46,807 nucleotides of DNA from NCBI RefSeq assembly GCF_004010195.1, contig NC_057719.1, positions 57,445,861 through 57,492,667 on the forward strand. Direction: 5' to 3'. Shown here piece after piece: positions 12,030-24,660 of the stretch. Under the pieces are notes generated by a model. It saw only the letters and a list, made by a program, of their open reading frames with translations, did not search any database and was not told the origin of the DNA. How positions within the stretch are numbered: position 1 is the first letter of the stretch; every line of letters starts with the position of its first letter. Both the position numbers and the translations under genes were made by a program. Source of the stretch: Chiloscyllium plagiosum (taxonomy: Eukaryota).

Positions 12030-12589
12030 GCAATGATGGGAGAGAGACTATGACCCATGTCAGATGCCAGCATCCAAGAATGTGGGGTGTTTGTGGCTAC
12101 GGCTTGGGAGTGTACCCTGGGACATTGGTGCTGGATGTTCAAAATAACAGTCTGGAGGAGCAAGCAATGAATTGGCGTCACCAGGTACCTACTCTGACTT
12201 TTGGGAAATCTCAATGTCTCGTTCCATCTGTCTTGTGGTACAGTAGGAAGTTGCATATTAATAAGGCCAGATTTTCAGATTAACAACAAATAATCCCTGT
12301 TGGAAAGCCTCTTGCTGCTGGTTAGCAAGAATCTCATCTTGACATTCAGAACTCTGGAACTGCTCCCAACATTGAGAAATAACACTGAACTTTTCACAAT
12401 GCTCCCAAATTTCTTGCGATAGTTCACACTATTAAGGGCTCTAAAAGATTTCATCCTAAGAGCTCCTTGGAGCAGGAGTACTCAAAATTGTTTACAGGAT
12501 TAAGACAGTTCATCACTGATTTTAAGGCATTATGTTTCTACATAGCTAGAGATATTCCACATCTTTTGATAAAATATAACATATTTTAT

Positions 12590-13480
12590 GAAGAAATAAC
12601 TTGAGGAGATGGCCTGGATGGATGTCTTTTCCGTGTTCAAGTTTGGTTACTATACCAAAACCTAATGGGTCCATCCAAGTTTGTGTTATTTTTGCACAGT
12701 TCAGGAAGATAATGGTGAGAGAAATCCACCCTATGTCTACGGTTGTGAGTTTAGCCACATTATCCAAATGTAGAGTTTTCACAAAACTCAATGGTCTCTG
12801 ACAGTTGCCATTGGATGAACAATCAATATTGTTTACCATATCTCTAACTGCATTTGGGAGCATTTGCTTTAATAATTTGTGATTTGAGATGGCTTTAGCC
12901 TCTGAGATTTTTCACTGGACAATGTCAAGCATCGAATATGATGGATGATATGTTAATACATGGGAAAATGATTGAGAAGCATGATCAGAGGGCATATGAA
13001 GTTCTAAAATATCTGCAGACCAAAGGACTCATCTTTAATTTGCTTTATTTTTCAAAAAGGCTACCAGTTGCTCCAAGCTAGTTATGATTCTTCCAATAGC
13101 ATATTATACCAGCACACAGAGGATCTTGTGGTATTTCTTAAATGGCTATCCTGGACTAAACAGTTGTTGTTGCCAAATTGATTCCTGCAAAGAATCTATT
13201 CACTTTGTGGAATACATTGTCAGCATTGAAGGAATAAGTGGCAGAAAACAAAAGCCACTGAGGAGTTTTCCATTCCAAAATCAGTTCATGATTTGTAAAG
13301 GTGGATGGTAGATTAATTAGAGAAACAGAACCCTTGAGGCAATTCCTCAAGAAGATAAAGCTCGAACCCAAATCAGGAGGGTTTTTTTCTCCCTGATATC
13401 CTAGTCTGCTACAATCCAACTATCATGGTTGCTGATTCTTCACCTCCTGGCTTAGGGGCAAGACACTTTCAGGATCAATA
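12590..13480 (+). pseudogene. Ty3/Gypsy reverse transcriptase and RNase H start, heavily decayed
   Basis: CSSLVTIPKPNGSIQVCV..VREIHPMSTV..FTKL; QLPLDEQS..TAFG..FEMALASEIF; MDDMLIHG..HDQR; SIHFVEYIVS; MVADSSPPGLGA. Confidence 0.8.
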
Positions 13481-16479
13481 TTACAGATTAATTATCCATA
13501 AAGTGTTTGATAGGGATGAACCCACTGAAGAAACCCATGACTTAAACGACTTACAGATCACACACCGTGAAGAACAGAATCAAGAGTCTTTAACCCAGAG
13601 AGCTACTATCTTCTAAGTCTGAAGAGAATGCACTCTGGAAGAATCATGATGACAAAAAAGTGTGACAATTACTTAAGAATTAGGTTCATGAAAATGCTAG
13701 TAAGTGATTAAAATTATTGGGAAATGTTTGAAAAGTTAAAACATCTTTCAAAGAGAGTTGGATTCCAGAACAAGATATTGATTAAAGCAAGTGTCTTTAC
13801 TGTGGAAGAAAGGTAGTACTTATTACCTATATAAGGAAATACCTTTAATGTAATTTGGCATCAAGATCTGTTTAGTCCAGGGTAGCTATTTTAAAAATAC
13901 CACAAGGTCCTGTGTATGCTGGCTTGATATGCTCTTGCTCGAAGCAACTGGTGGCTTTTTTGAAAAATAAAACACAGAGACATATGCTGAAAAAAGTCAA
14001 AATGGAACCATGCTATTTATGTGTTTCTGTGGAATTCCATCACAAGCTTCTGTCATCAAATTCCCATCCAACCTCACTAGTCATTGTGCACTACATGGTT
14101 CGGAATCTGTGCACAGTAATGCACAGTGCAAAATGCTCTTCTGTACCTCAGTGTGCCACCAGTGTTACTAACACACCTCCCAAGCACATAGACAAGGATC
14201 TATTTGAGACAGTGCCTCAGTTATCTCACCTGATAAACTGCATCTAGCCTGTGCCACCATACTACTTCAAGATAGCATGACCCCGTCCACATTCTTCCCT
14301 GCTTGAATGCAGTACAAAAAACAGTGAGGGTCATTTTCCACATCGACATCTGGTTGGTAACCTGGCGGAATGGATAATCCATTGAATTTCCATTGAAATC
14401 AGTGGGAAAAATGCACAGAACTAACAAAAAAACCTGTAATCCACATTTTCTAGGAAAAAAATGAAAACATCTCGTTACGTTTGTGAGTTTGTCTACCAAT
14501 GCAACTGCATTCCTCAAAGAGTTAACGTCATTATAACTGAAAAGCTGCTTTCTTTTGCCTTTTGTATTTGGAAGCCAATGTCTTTCAGCCAGTGATTGGG
14601 AATATTTGTTCACTTTATTGCATGAAACAATACTTGAGCTGTGTTCATTGCCTTTTCCTCCCCAGATCCCATGTATATGTCAGGTCTAGAATATGGAAGT
14701 TTGACAGGTCATAATAAACTGTTCCTTTTTCAGGTATCGTGCTTTTTTGGCTTTTATGTATGAATAGGAAATGGCTGAAGGCACCTGTGTTATTGCAGGT
14801 CCCACAGGCAGCTGCTTGGCTAATGAATGCCTGATTATGTGTTAACATGCTTTGTCAGATATTGGCAGGATTCATTCTGTTCTCTTTCTTGCCTTTTCAG
14901 TAAGGGTGCCATTGACAGACAGGTTACCATTTATAAAAATGTTGTCCATCAAGCTGAGGAAAGACAATGGTGTTTTCTGTGGCCAGTGACTGTGGGAAAC
15001 TTTCCTTTGGCTATTCAAGCAATTTTAGTGGCTTACATTCGATAGAGCCGAATGATGAGTGCAAAAAAAAACTATAATTAGGATAAACTTATCGTGATAA
15101 TTATAGCACAGTCATTCTGCTGTTTAAATTTTAAACCATTGCAAAGCAGCCTGATTTTAAAAGCAATGGCAGAATTTGGCAGAATAGTTACAATAGTAGA
15201 GGTGAATTTAGTACCCAAGTGTTATCATGTGTACATGTTTAAGATTACTTTGTTAAGTAGCATTGGGAAGAAATGTAACTGTCACTGCCCACTGTGCTCC
15301 TGCAAAATGGGCAGCCAGCAGTATAATATAGAGGGGGTGCCTTAGCTACTCTATTGATGCCCTCATCCCACCCAGTGCCATATTCAGGAAACCCTGGTGA
15401 GCAGCCCACCTGCCGGAAACAGGAGGATAGCTGCACGAACATGCAAATCAGGATCCCCTTCTGCCTGTAAAACAACAAAGAAAATATTCAAGTTAATGGA
15501 TAGAATGTGTGCCAAACACACACTGGTTGTACCATGCATTGCCTGAATGGACTGTTGGTTGCTGTTTTATAATGGGGCCCAGGATTGTTTTTGTTTGAGG
15601 GCCAATGAGAAGTAGAGGCACTTCCCTGGGGACCCACAAAAAAAAATCCAACCTGTTGTCAATTCCACTTGCACTGTCCCCAGATTGTTTTCAGTACCCA
15701 AACCCAATTTGTCAGCTGGCTCACCATAGGAAGCAGCCAACGTTTCAGTCTCCCTGTCTGCCAAGCTACAGCAATGAACCTATTACACACAAGCAGCATT
15801 TTAATAGGGCCTATCATGAAATCTTAACCCTGACTTAAGGCTGGCAATACATTTTCAGTGCAAGTCCATTTTCCACTCACCATCCCCCCAACTCCCATGA
15901 TTTCCTATCTGATACTTACTATCAGATCAATCATCTGGGATGTTATGATAAGTGCAGATGTAATATATTGTATGTTCTTTCACGTTATATGAGAAGATGC
16001 AGATGTACCTACTTATGCCATTTACCAGGAAATCCACATTTCACAATAGCTAAATCCTGACTTTGAATATTAACTGCATATAGTTTTCAATGATTCATGC
16101 AAGTTGACATTTCACTTAAATTTGTTCAGTTGTACCTGATTCCAATTGTTTTAAGTGTATTTTTAATATCCCTTGAATATTAAACAAAGACAAAAGTTCT
16201 TTAATTTTCTTTTTGATCATTTTAATTTTTGTTGATTATTTCAAGATTATGATGAGTGGTTTAATTTCATTTGTAGTGTTAGAAAGGAACACATGGTAAA
16301 GTGTTGCTGACTATTAGGGACTAAATCATAAACATATTTTTAATAAGAGCCTGTTTATATATGACATTTGGAAGACCTTTACTGGCTTGACTACAAATAC
16401 AAAATCAATTTAAATAATTCAAGTGAAGCAACAATGTTTTAAGTGAAGGAAGGAGAAATGTGATGTCATGGGAGATGAA

Positions 16480-17050
16480 GGGCTGAATTTCCCCAGGTTT
16501 TAGAGAGGATAAGAAGGCCAGGATGGATCAAGCAAATGCTGAAAAAAAGAGCTTTGGGCTAGCTTGCCAAGCTCACATCTCTGGCTGCTGTTCCTAGCCT
16601 GCATGATGTACTACCTGTCACCTATCAGTGTGGGCTGCTGGTCATTTATGATTGTTGAAAGACTAATGATCAATGGCTTTCACACCACAAGGCAATGCTG
16701 GCTGCCTCTGTTATGCTAAATTAATGGAGATGCCTTAACAGATTCTGTTACAGCTAAAGGAGATCTAAATGTTTCCAGGAAGGCATGATAAGGATGCTAT
16801 ATTCTCATGTCACAGCCTTGCTGCAGCAGTCTGGCACACGTAGAGACAAATCAATCACCATAGCCTCATGAAGTCTGAAGGTTCCTCTGACCTGAGAGGG
16901 CTCTGGGTGTTTGGAGCTCAGCAGCAGTCCCACTGGTTATACACTGAGGACTGCTGTTCTCCCTGGCTGTGGGCCATGCTATCTGCAGCTCCCACCTCCA
17001 GAATAATGTGGAAGACCTACTAATTATGTGCCTTCTGTAAAATTCATCCA
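16480..17050. mobile_element. Possible non-autonomous Harbinger-type element
   Basis: Imperfect terminal inverted repeats gggctgaattt ... aaattcatcc; no clean TSD. Confidence 0.3.
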
Positions 17051-18244
17051 GAAAATACACTGCTACCTTGAGCAGGGAATTGTCTCCAACATTATGGTAG
17101 CATTTAGCTCAAACTACTTCCTTGAGCATTGGGGAAAAAGGCAAAAGGAGACAAAAGAAAAAGAGAAAATAAATCAAAATGAATTCATCCTTGTTTACTC
17201 ATATTTCTTTATTAATAACTATGATGACATCAGCAGAGCTTTGGATTGGGAAATAGTTTCAGCACTTGAGGAGCTCAAGAAAGGTTTGCAAAAGCTAATT
17301 TACTTGTAACTATAAAATAATGATGGCAGCTATCAGCAAACGAAGCACACTATGTCCATATTTTTGAGGATGCAAAATGGCAGTGTTCCTTGTCATAACA
17401 AAAGGATACTATTCCAACTTGTCTCAAAGTATGAAAGTTGTTTCACCGCTTGTGTAATTATATGCTAAAAGTTAATGATAAAATCAGAGCTAAGACAAAA
17501 AGAGACAATTAGCCATGTAATTTAAACTATATTGTCAAAAGTAAACTTGAGATGCAGAGAAAAGTGCAGCCCACCTCTTGGAATGATCAGTTATTAGACA
17601 ACATATCGTGTGGACAGTAAATCTCACTGAATGATGTGACTAAAGTGATTGTTGCTGACACAATTTTAGGCAGGGTGCTGAATCTGTCATCTATGAATGG
17701 TAACACATGCTGGTACATATTACAAAAGGGAAGAAAACAGCTTCAACTGTATGAAATAGCTTCAGCACAGTGGAACAAAATTTATGAATAAGCAATAGAA
17801 AATAGATTAACAGTTTAACTTTATTTGTCGCCAATCCATCAGACGATTGCTCATCGTCAAATCATCTAAAAAAAACTCAGATAACGTTCTTTATATTTTA
17901 AACAAATACATGCATAAAAATCTGTTACTTTTTCTAATTTGTTCCAGGAGAATCTCATTCAATCAATCAGAAACAATGAAACATTTTGCTTCAAATTTAA
18001 TTTCAGAATATCACGTTTAAAATATCTTAAGTGATATTGTCATAGTTAATAGGTCAGTAAAGCTATTGACTTTATTCGGAGGTAGTTTCCCATTCCATTA
18101 ACATAAGGGTGTGATAGTGAATTGACAGTTCACTTTCCACTTTTTATTTCCTTTCATGACTCAAGAGATGAAATAGCATAAGTTTTTAGAAAAGACTTGA
18201 GCTACCGGGGCCTTTTGCACTAGAGTAGCGTAGGTAAGAAGAGA

Positions 18245-19396
18245 TTTAGAAACATAGAAGGAGTAGACCAGCCCCTTGAGCCTGTTCTGCCATGCTGGAT
18301 CATGGCTGATCGTCGACCTCAATGCCATTTTCCTGTGCTACTCTCATATCTCTTGATATCATCGGTATCTATAAATCTACCAATCGCGGTCTATTTAATG
18401 ATCCATCTTCCACAACCATCTGGGGTCAAGAATTCCAAAGATTCAATGCCTCTAAGTGAAGAAATTCCTCCTCATCTCAGTTCTAAATTACTTGCTTCTT
18501 TATTCTGAGATTGGTTCCCATTTTTCTAGGCCACAATCCAGGTGAAACTTGCTTTCTACATCTACCTTGTCCATCACTTTGAGAATTTTATAAATCCCGA
18601 TCAGGTCCTGTCTCACTCTAAACAATACAGATCCATTCCCCTCAACTTCTCCTCACAGGACAACCATTCATCACAAGAATTAACCTCCATTGCACTGTCT
18701 CAATGGAAAGGATATATTTTTGAGGTAAGGAGTTCAAAACTGCACAAAATACAACAGGTTCGGTTTCACTGAGGTTTTACACAACTGAAACAAGCCATCT
18801 TTATTCCTGTACTCATCCTCCTGCAATAAAAGCTGGAATACTATTTGCCTTCCAAATTGTTTACTGCACCTGCACGTTAAACTTTCAGTGATTTATGAAG
18901 AAGGAAACCCAAGTCTATTTGGAATCAACATTTCACAATCACTCACCAATAACAAAATAATCTGCACCTCTGTTTCTCCAACCAAAATGGATAACCTCAT
19001 ACTTATTCACATTACATTCCGTCTGTCATAGTTAAGCATTCTCTTCAGCCTGTTTCAAGGTCCCTTTAAGCTTCTTTGCTCAATCTCACAATGCCTGTTT
19101 CCACCTAATTTTTGTCATCTGAAAACTTTAAAATTTTATTGGTGAATCAGACATAGATTGTGAGCAGCCGCAGCTCAAACTCTGATCCTTGCAGTTTCTC
19201 AGCCTGTCAACCTGAGAATGAACCATTTATTTCTACTGTCTGTTTTCTTTCCGTTAAACAATCCTCAATCCATGCCAGCATAGTAACCTCCATCCAATGT
19301 TCTCTAATTTTGCTTGTGAGCCTCCTATATGGAATCTCATGGAAAGCAGTCTCAAAATCCAAATATACCACAGCTGATGGTTTCCCCTTATCTACA
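18245..19396 (-). mobile_element. Old CR1 LINE fragment (RT to 3' tail), interrupted by PLE
   Basis: DKGKPSAVVYLDFETAFHEIPY..WIEDCLTERKQTVEINGSFS; 3' tail gcccctTgagcctgttctgcc..gatcatggctgatc. Confidence 0.8.
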
Positions 19397-20955
19397 GTCA
19401 GGAGGAGAAAGTGAAGAATCAGATGCTGGAGATCAGAGTCAAAACGTGTGGTGCTGGAAAAACACATCCAGTCAGGCAGCATCCGAGGAGCAGGAACATT
19501 GGCATTTCAAACATAAGATCTTCATCAGGAATTATGGGGAGGCCCAAGGGGGCTGAGAGATAAATGGGAGGGGAATGGGGCTGGGAATGCAGTAGGTAGA
19601 TGAAGGTGGGGCTGATGGTGATAGGTTGGACTGGAGGGTGGAGTCAATACGTGCAAAAGAAGATAGGCAGGTAAGCCAGTTCAAGAGGTCGGTGCCGAGT
19701 TGGAGGGTTGGATCTGGGATAAGGTGGGGGAGGAGAGATTAGGAAATGGTGAAATCAACATTGATCCCGTGTGGTTGGAGGGTCCCAAGATGGAAGATGA
19801 GGCGTTCTTCCTCCAGGTGTCACGCGACTAGAAACTGGTACTGGAGGACCAGGACTTACATGTCCTTGGAAGAGTCGGGGGGAAATTGAAGTGTTCGGCC
19901 ACATGGCAGTGAGGTTATTTAATGCGTGTGTTCCAGAGATGTTCTCTAAAATATTCCGCAAGTTGGCGTCCTGACTTCCCAATGTAGAGGAGACCACATC
20001 GAGAGCAATGGACACAGTAGATGAGGTGTGTGGAAGTGCAGGAAAATCTCTGCCAGATGTGGAAGGATCCTTTGGGGTCTTAGATGGAGGTGAGGGGGAG
20101 GTATGGGCACAGATTTTACTCCTTACACCCATAGCAAGGGAAGGTGCCGGGAATGGAGGCCGGGTTGGTGGGGGATATGGACTGAACATGGGAGTCACAG
20201 AGGGAATGGTCTCTGCAGGATGCAGATAGGGGTGGGGATGGAAATATATCTCTGGTGGTGGAGTCCGTTTGTAAATGGCAGAGATTGGTGAGGTGGAAGG
20301 TGAGGACTGGGTGTTCTATCCTTGTTGTGATTGGACGGGTGTGGTTCAAGGGTGGCAGTGCAAGAAGTGGAGGAGATGTGCTGGAGGGCAGCGGTGACCA
20401 CGTAGGAGGGGAAATTGCAGTCCTTGAAGAATGAGGCCATCTGGGATGTCCTATGGTGGAATTAGTCCTCTTGGGAGCAGATGTGGCAGAGGTGGAGGAA
20501 TTGGGAGTTAGGGATAGCATTTTTACAGGAAGTAAGGTGGGAGTAGGTTTGGGCTAGGTAGCTGTGGGAGTTGGTGGGTTTGAAGTAGATGTCTGTGTTG
20601 AGTCGGTTGCCGGAAATGGAGATGGAGAGGTCCAGGAAGTGGAGAGAGGTATCCGAGATGGTCCAGGTGAACTTGAGGTCAGGGTGGAAGGTGTTCATGA
20701 AGTTGATGAACTGTTCAAATTCCTCGTGGGAGTATGAGATGGTGCCAATACAGTCATCGATGTAGCGAAGGAAAAGGTGGAGAATGGTGCCAGTGTAACT
20801 GCAGAAGATGGACTCTTCTACATACCCAACGAAGAGGCAGGCATTGCTATGGTCCATGCACGTGTCCATGGCTACCCCTTTGGTCTGAAGGAAGTGGGAG
20901 GATTCGAAGGAGAAATTGTTGAGGGTGAGGACCAGTTCAGCCAATCGAATGAGTG
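19397..20955 (-). mobile_element. 5'-truncated Penelope-like element (RT + GIY-YIG endonuclease, Neptune-like)
   Basis: LAELVLTLNNFSF..LQTKGVAM..LFLRYIDDCIG..FLDLSISI..IYFKPT; GIY-YIG region IYC..CSRCGLLYIG near 19980-20025; decayed hammerhead at about 19500-19530; TSD tccccttatct(a/c)ca at 19383-19396 and 20956-20969. Confidence 0.92.
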
Positions 20956-21399
20956 TCCCCTTATCTCCACTGCTCATAACATATTCAAAAAATATCTAAT
21001 AGATTTACCAAACACAATTGTTCCCTGCAATGTTGTTGGTGATTTGCTACAGAAAGATGTCTCTCGCAGCCAGTTGTGAGCTGAAGTCAATAGGTACCAG
21101 CTCTCACTTCCATGTTGAGATTAATTGATGTCTACTTGTTTGGTGCTTTGGTAAAATAAGAAGCTGAGGTGAGTTACAGCATTAACAAGACATCATTGCT
21201 ATCTAGCAAAAAACTCTCCTTGCTGTTTCACAAACGCATGAAAAATTCAGCAAGATCCTCTTGACATCAAGATAGGTTCCACAGGATTTCTCATCCTATT
21301 CTGCCTCAAATCTTGTGCAAGCCCACATTCCTCAGTCTCCTACAAGATTCTACCCACTATTTCAAAAATCTATGCACCATTGATGTTAAATTTGGCTGG

Positions 21400-22618
21400 C
21401 CTATATTACAAAATATGTCTTTGTAACTCTTCTTGAATAAAAATATCATATTTGCACCTTGCAATCCTCTGATACCTCCCTGCATCTTGGGAAGGTTGGA
21501 AGATAATGGTAAGCCTTTCTAAGAGTTCCACTCCAATTTCCACTTCCTTTTGCAACCTGGAAGCCAAGCTATCAAGACTGTGATTTATCCAGTATAAGTA
21601 TACTCAGTCTTTCCAGTTCATCTTACCTCTCAATTTTCACTTTCATTTTTTTTATGTCCCTTTACTTATTAACTACTGTTGCAAAGTACTCATCATGTAG
21701 TCTTGCCATGCCTTGCATCTCTGAGCATATAGATCCTTTTTGTCCCCATTAAGTATTACTCTGTTTCCTACAAGTGACTTACTATTTACATGCCATTGGA
21801 AGATTTTTGGATTCCCATTTGTGTAAATTTCACTTACATTTCCTGTTACCATCTCAACTGTGTTGTTACTTATTGTAATCTCATAATGTATTGGTCTAGT
21901 TCTCATTTGAAGAACTCAACTGGTATGGATCATACACCCTCTTTGCTATGTTTCATCATAATATTTAGTTAGTTCATTATCCAATAAGCTCTGAAGCTCT
22001 GACTTTCTTTCTTTCCTTTGTCAGATTTCACCTAGCCTGGATCTGAAAGCTCTCCTTGAAGATTATTCTATTACAGTTCTTGCTGTTAGTCTTTGATTTC
22101 ATTTCACTCTGGCTGAATCCACCCTCATCCCACTGAATTTAGTCCTCCTCTGATTTAGAAGTTTTCCTTAAGGTGTTCTTTGCTTTACTCTATCATAAAA
22201 TTTTAATGTAATGTTCCTCTTACTCAAGTATTCCCCTCACATTTGATTTACTTGGTCCACGTCCTTCTCCAGCAGTCATTCCAACAGTGCCCAATTCCTG
22301 ATTGGAACAAAATCATACTGGTCAAGAAAGTTCTCCAGAACCTCAGTTCTGAAATTTCTCCTCTCCTTAATCTTTATGTTAACATTATCCTATGGATATT
22401 TGGGTAAGTCGCAAATAATACTCTATAGTATTTGCACATCTCTGATTTTCCTGCTGATTTGCTTCACTATCTTACAGCATTTAGGGGACTATCGAGTACA
22501 ACCACTACTATAATCATCCCCTTTTTGCTTCTTAATTCTAAAAAATACCCCCCAAGCACATCCTTTCTTTCCAATACTATAACACAACACTTTTCACTAA
22601 TCAACCTCAAACCAATTT
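21400..22618 (-). mobile_element. Old, highly decayed CR1 ORF2 fragment (APE to RT start)
   Basis: YFLELRSKKGMIIVVVVLDSPLN and other CR1-type antisense segments. Confidence 0.55.
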
Positions 22619-22633
22619 TACTCTTTTGTCCCT

Positions 22634-22814
22634 GGAGAAAGTGAGGACTGCAGATCCTGGAGATCAGAGCTGAAAATGTGTTGCTGGAAAAGCGCAGCAG
22701 GTCAGGCAACATCCAAGGAGCAGGAGAATCGATGTTTCGGGCATGAGCCCTTCTTCAGGAGCCATTCCTGAAGAAGGGTTCATGCCCGAAACGTCGATTC
22801 TCCTGCTCCTTGGA
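22634..22814. mobile_element. Fold-back (head-to-head) PLE-tail doublet with two hammerhead motifs and 15-bp TSD
   Basis: Minus arm 22634-22760 carries the full 3' end; plus arm 22765-22814; TSD tactcttttgtccct at 22619-22633 and 22815-22829. Confidence 0.92.
22764..22799 (+). ncRNA. Minimal hammerhead ribozyme motif, intact core
   Basis: CTGAAGA 22768-22774, stem II gggt-tcat-gccc, GAAA 22788-22791, cGTC to 22795, then gatt pairing partly with upstream attc. Confidence 0.72.
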
Positions 22815-22904
22815 TACTCTTTTGTCCCTCTCTATCTTTTCTGAACACAGCTTCGTTCTCAAAATTAAGTACCTATCACTCACCATTTAATGTCATCTTT
22901 AACA

Positions 22905-24660
22905 TCATAAGAAATAATATGAGGCCAGTTAGTTTATCAAACCTGCTCAGGGTTGACCTGATTGTCAATTAAACTCCACTTTTATGTCTGTCCTACATAA
23001 TTCTTGATTCCTTTAGTGAACAAAAATCTGTCTAACTCAGCTTTGAATACATTTAATGACACAGACCACATTGCTTACTGTGAAGAAATTTCCAAAGATA
23101 AATTCATCTGAGAAGAAATTCCTCCTCTTATCTGTCTTAATTAGATGACCCCCTTAACTATGACTCCCAGTTCTAGTCGAACCGACAAATGGAAACATCC
23201 TCTTGGCATTTACCGCAGCATCTTATGGGTTTCAATGTGGTCACCTTTCATACTTATATGCTCCAATCAGCTTTGACCTAATAGGTTCCTAATAAGACAA
23301 TACTTTCATTCCACAATGAGCATATAAACTCTCCTCTGAATTGCTTATAATTGCTTACATTGAGAAAGGAGATCTAAACTTTACACACTGCTCTTGTTGC
23401 AGTTACATCATTGCTCTGTACTGTTATAGTAAACACTTGCCTACATTTATACTTCAGTTTCTTTGCAATAAATATACCACTAACCTTCCTAATTACAGTA
23501 CTTTCTGTGACTACATGCTAACATTTTCTGATGCATGTACAAAAACATCCAGATCTCTTTATTCAGCAGTACTCTGCAGTCTCTCTCATTTAAATAATAC
23601 TTTGCTTTTCTATTCTTCCTCCCAAGGGGGACAACCTCCCAATTTCCCACAATGGGAAGGTGATGACCTAGTGTTGTCATTGCTAGACTATTAATCCAGA
23701 GATGGAGGTAATTACATAAGGACCTCGGTTCGAATCCTGCCATGGCAGATGATGGAATTTGAATTCAATAAACATCTGGAATTAAGACTCTAATGATGAC
23801 CATGAATACATTGTCAATTATTGAGTGAACCAACTGGTTCACTCATGTCCTTTAGAGAAGGAAACCACCATCCTGACCTGGTCTGGGCCTACATGTGACT
23901 CTGGACCCACAGTAATGTGGTTGACACTTACCTGTCCAATGGGCAATAAATGCTAACCTAGCCAGTGACACCATCATCCCATGAATGAATTAAATTTTTA
24001 AAAATCCACTGCCAAATTTTTGACCATTCACACAGCTTGTCTCCATCCTTTTCCTGACTCTGTACTGACTTCACAACTTGTTTATTACTAATTTCCATAG
24101 CATATATGTAACTTCAGAGACTAATCCAATTCATAGATAGTTGAGGATCCAGTACTGAACCCTGTGGCACTCCACTGGCTTCTGTTTGCCAACTAGAAAG
24201 TGATTAATTTATCACGGCATTCCGTCTCTGTTATTGACATTATATCATGTTCACACACGTGCTTTTCATGCTTGGAATTTCCCAACAGTATCCACAACAT
24301 TTTTCTGTTCACATAAATGTGTTCTAAATGTATTCTTATAGTCCATCTAGGTACAGTACTATCTAATAAGATACTAAATCTTTCACTAATGTTATCCACC
24401 ATTCAAACGCTTTTATGTATTTTTTTCCTATTTTTGGGAACCCACCTCCCTTTCAGTTTTGTTTAAACTTTCCCAAAAATATGTCTCCCCACAGTAGTAT
24501 TAGGCACCTGTGGACTGCTCTTACTAATAACTTTTTTCCTCTATTGTTCCTCATCTCCATCCAAACAGATCCTACATCTTCATCTGTTGAACTGAGGTCA
24601 TCTCTGACTGTTGTGCAAATGATCCTTGATTAACAGTGCTATCCCTCTATCTTTACCTAG
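22905..24660 (-). mobile_element. Old CR1 fragments split by a SINE
   Basis: CR1 3'UTR-type agaagaaattcctcctc; RT C-terminal antisense segments; gatccagtactgaaccctgtggcactccact (GVPQGSVLDP) near 24150-24180. Confidence 0.65.
23654..23995 (+). mobile_element. tRNA-derived SINE with Meta/SINE_TE-like central domain and LINE-derived tail
   Basis: B-box ggttcgaatcc; ctggttcactcatgtcctttagagaagga..tggtctgggcctacatgtgactc core; catcccatgaatgaat tail. Confidence 0.75.

Noticed and set aside
14238..14450. Minus-strand segment with good acceptor (ttttcctag), donor (cag|gtgaga) and an open frame (KCGLQVFLLVLC..DAVYQ)
   Set aside because: No recognisable protein, and its middle (gggtcattttcc..ccattgaa..) looks like a DNA-transposon end; cannot be supported as a CDS.
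13600..18200. Search for known miRNA, snoRNA or snRNA genes in unique intervals (also 29600-31950 and 44000-46050)
   Set aside because: No mature miRNA or box motif arrangement recognised by eye; an Rfam scan is needed to exclude them.
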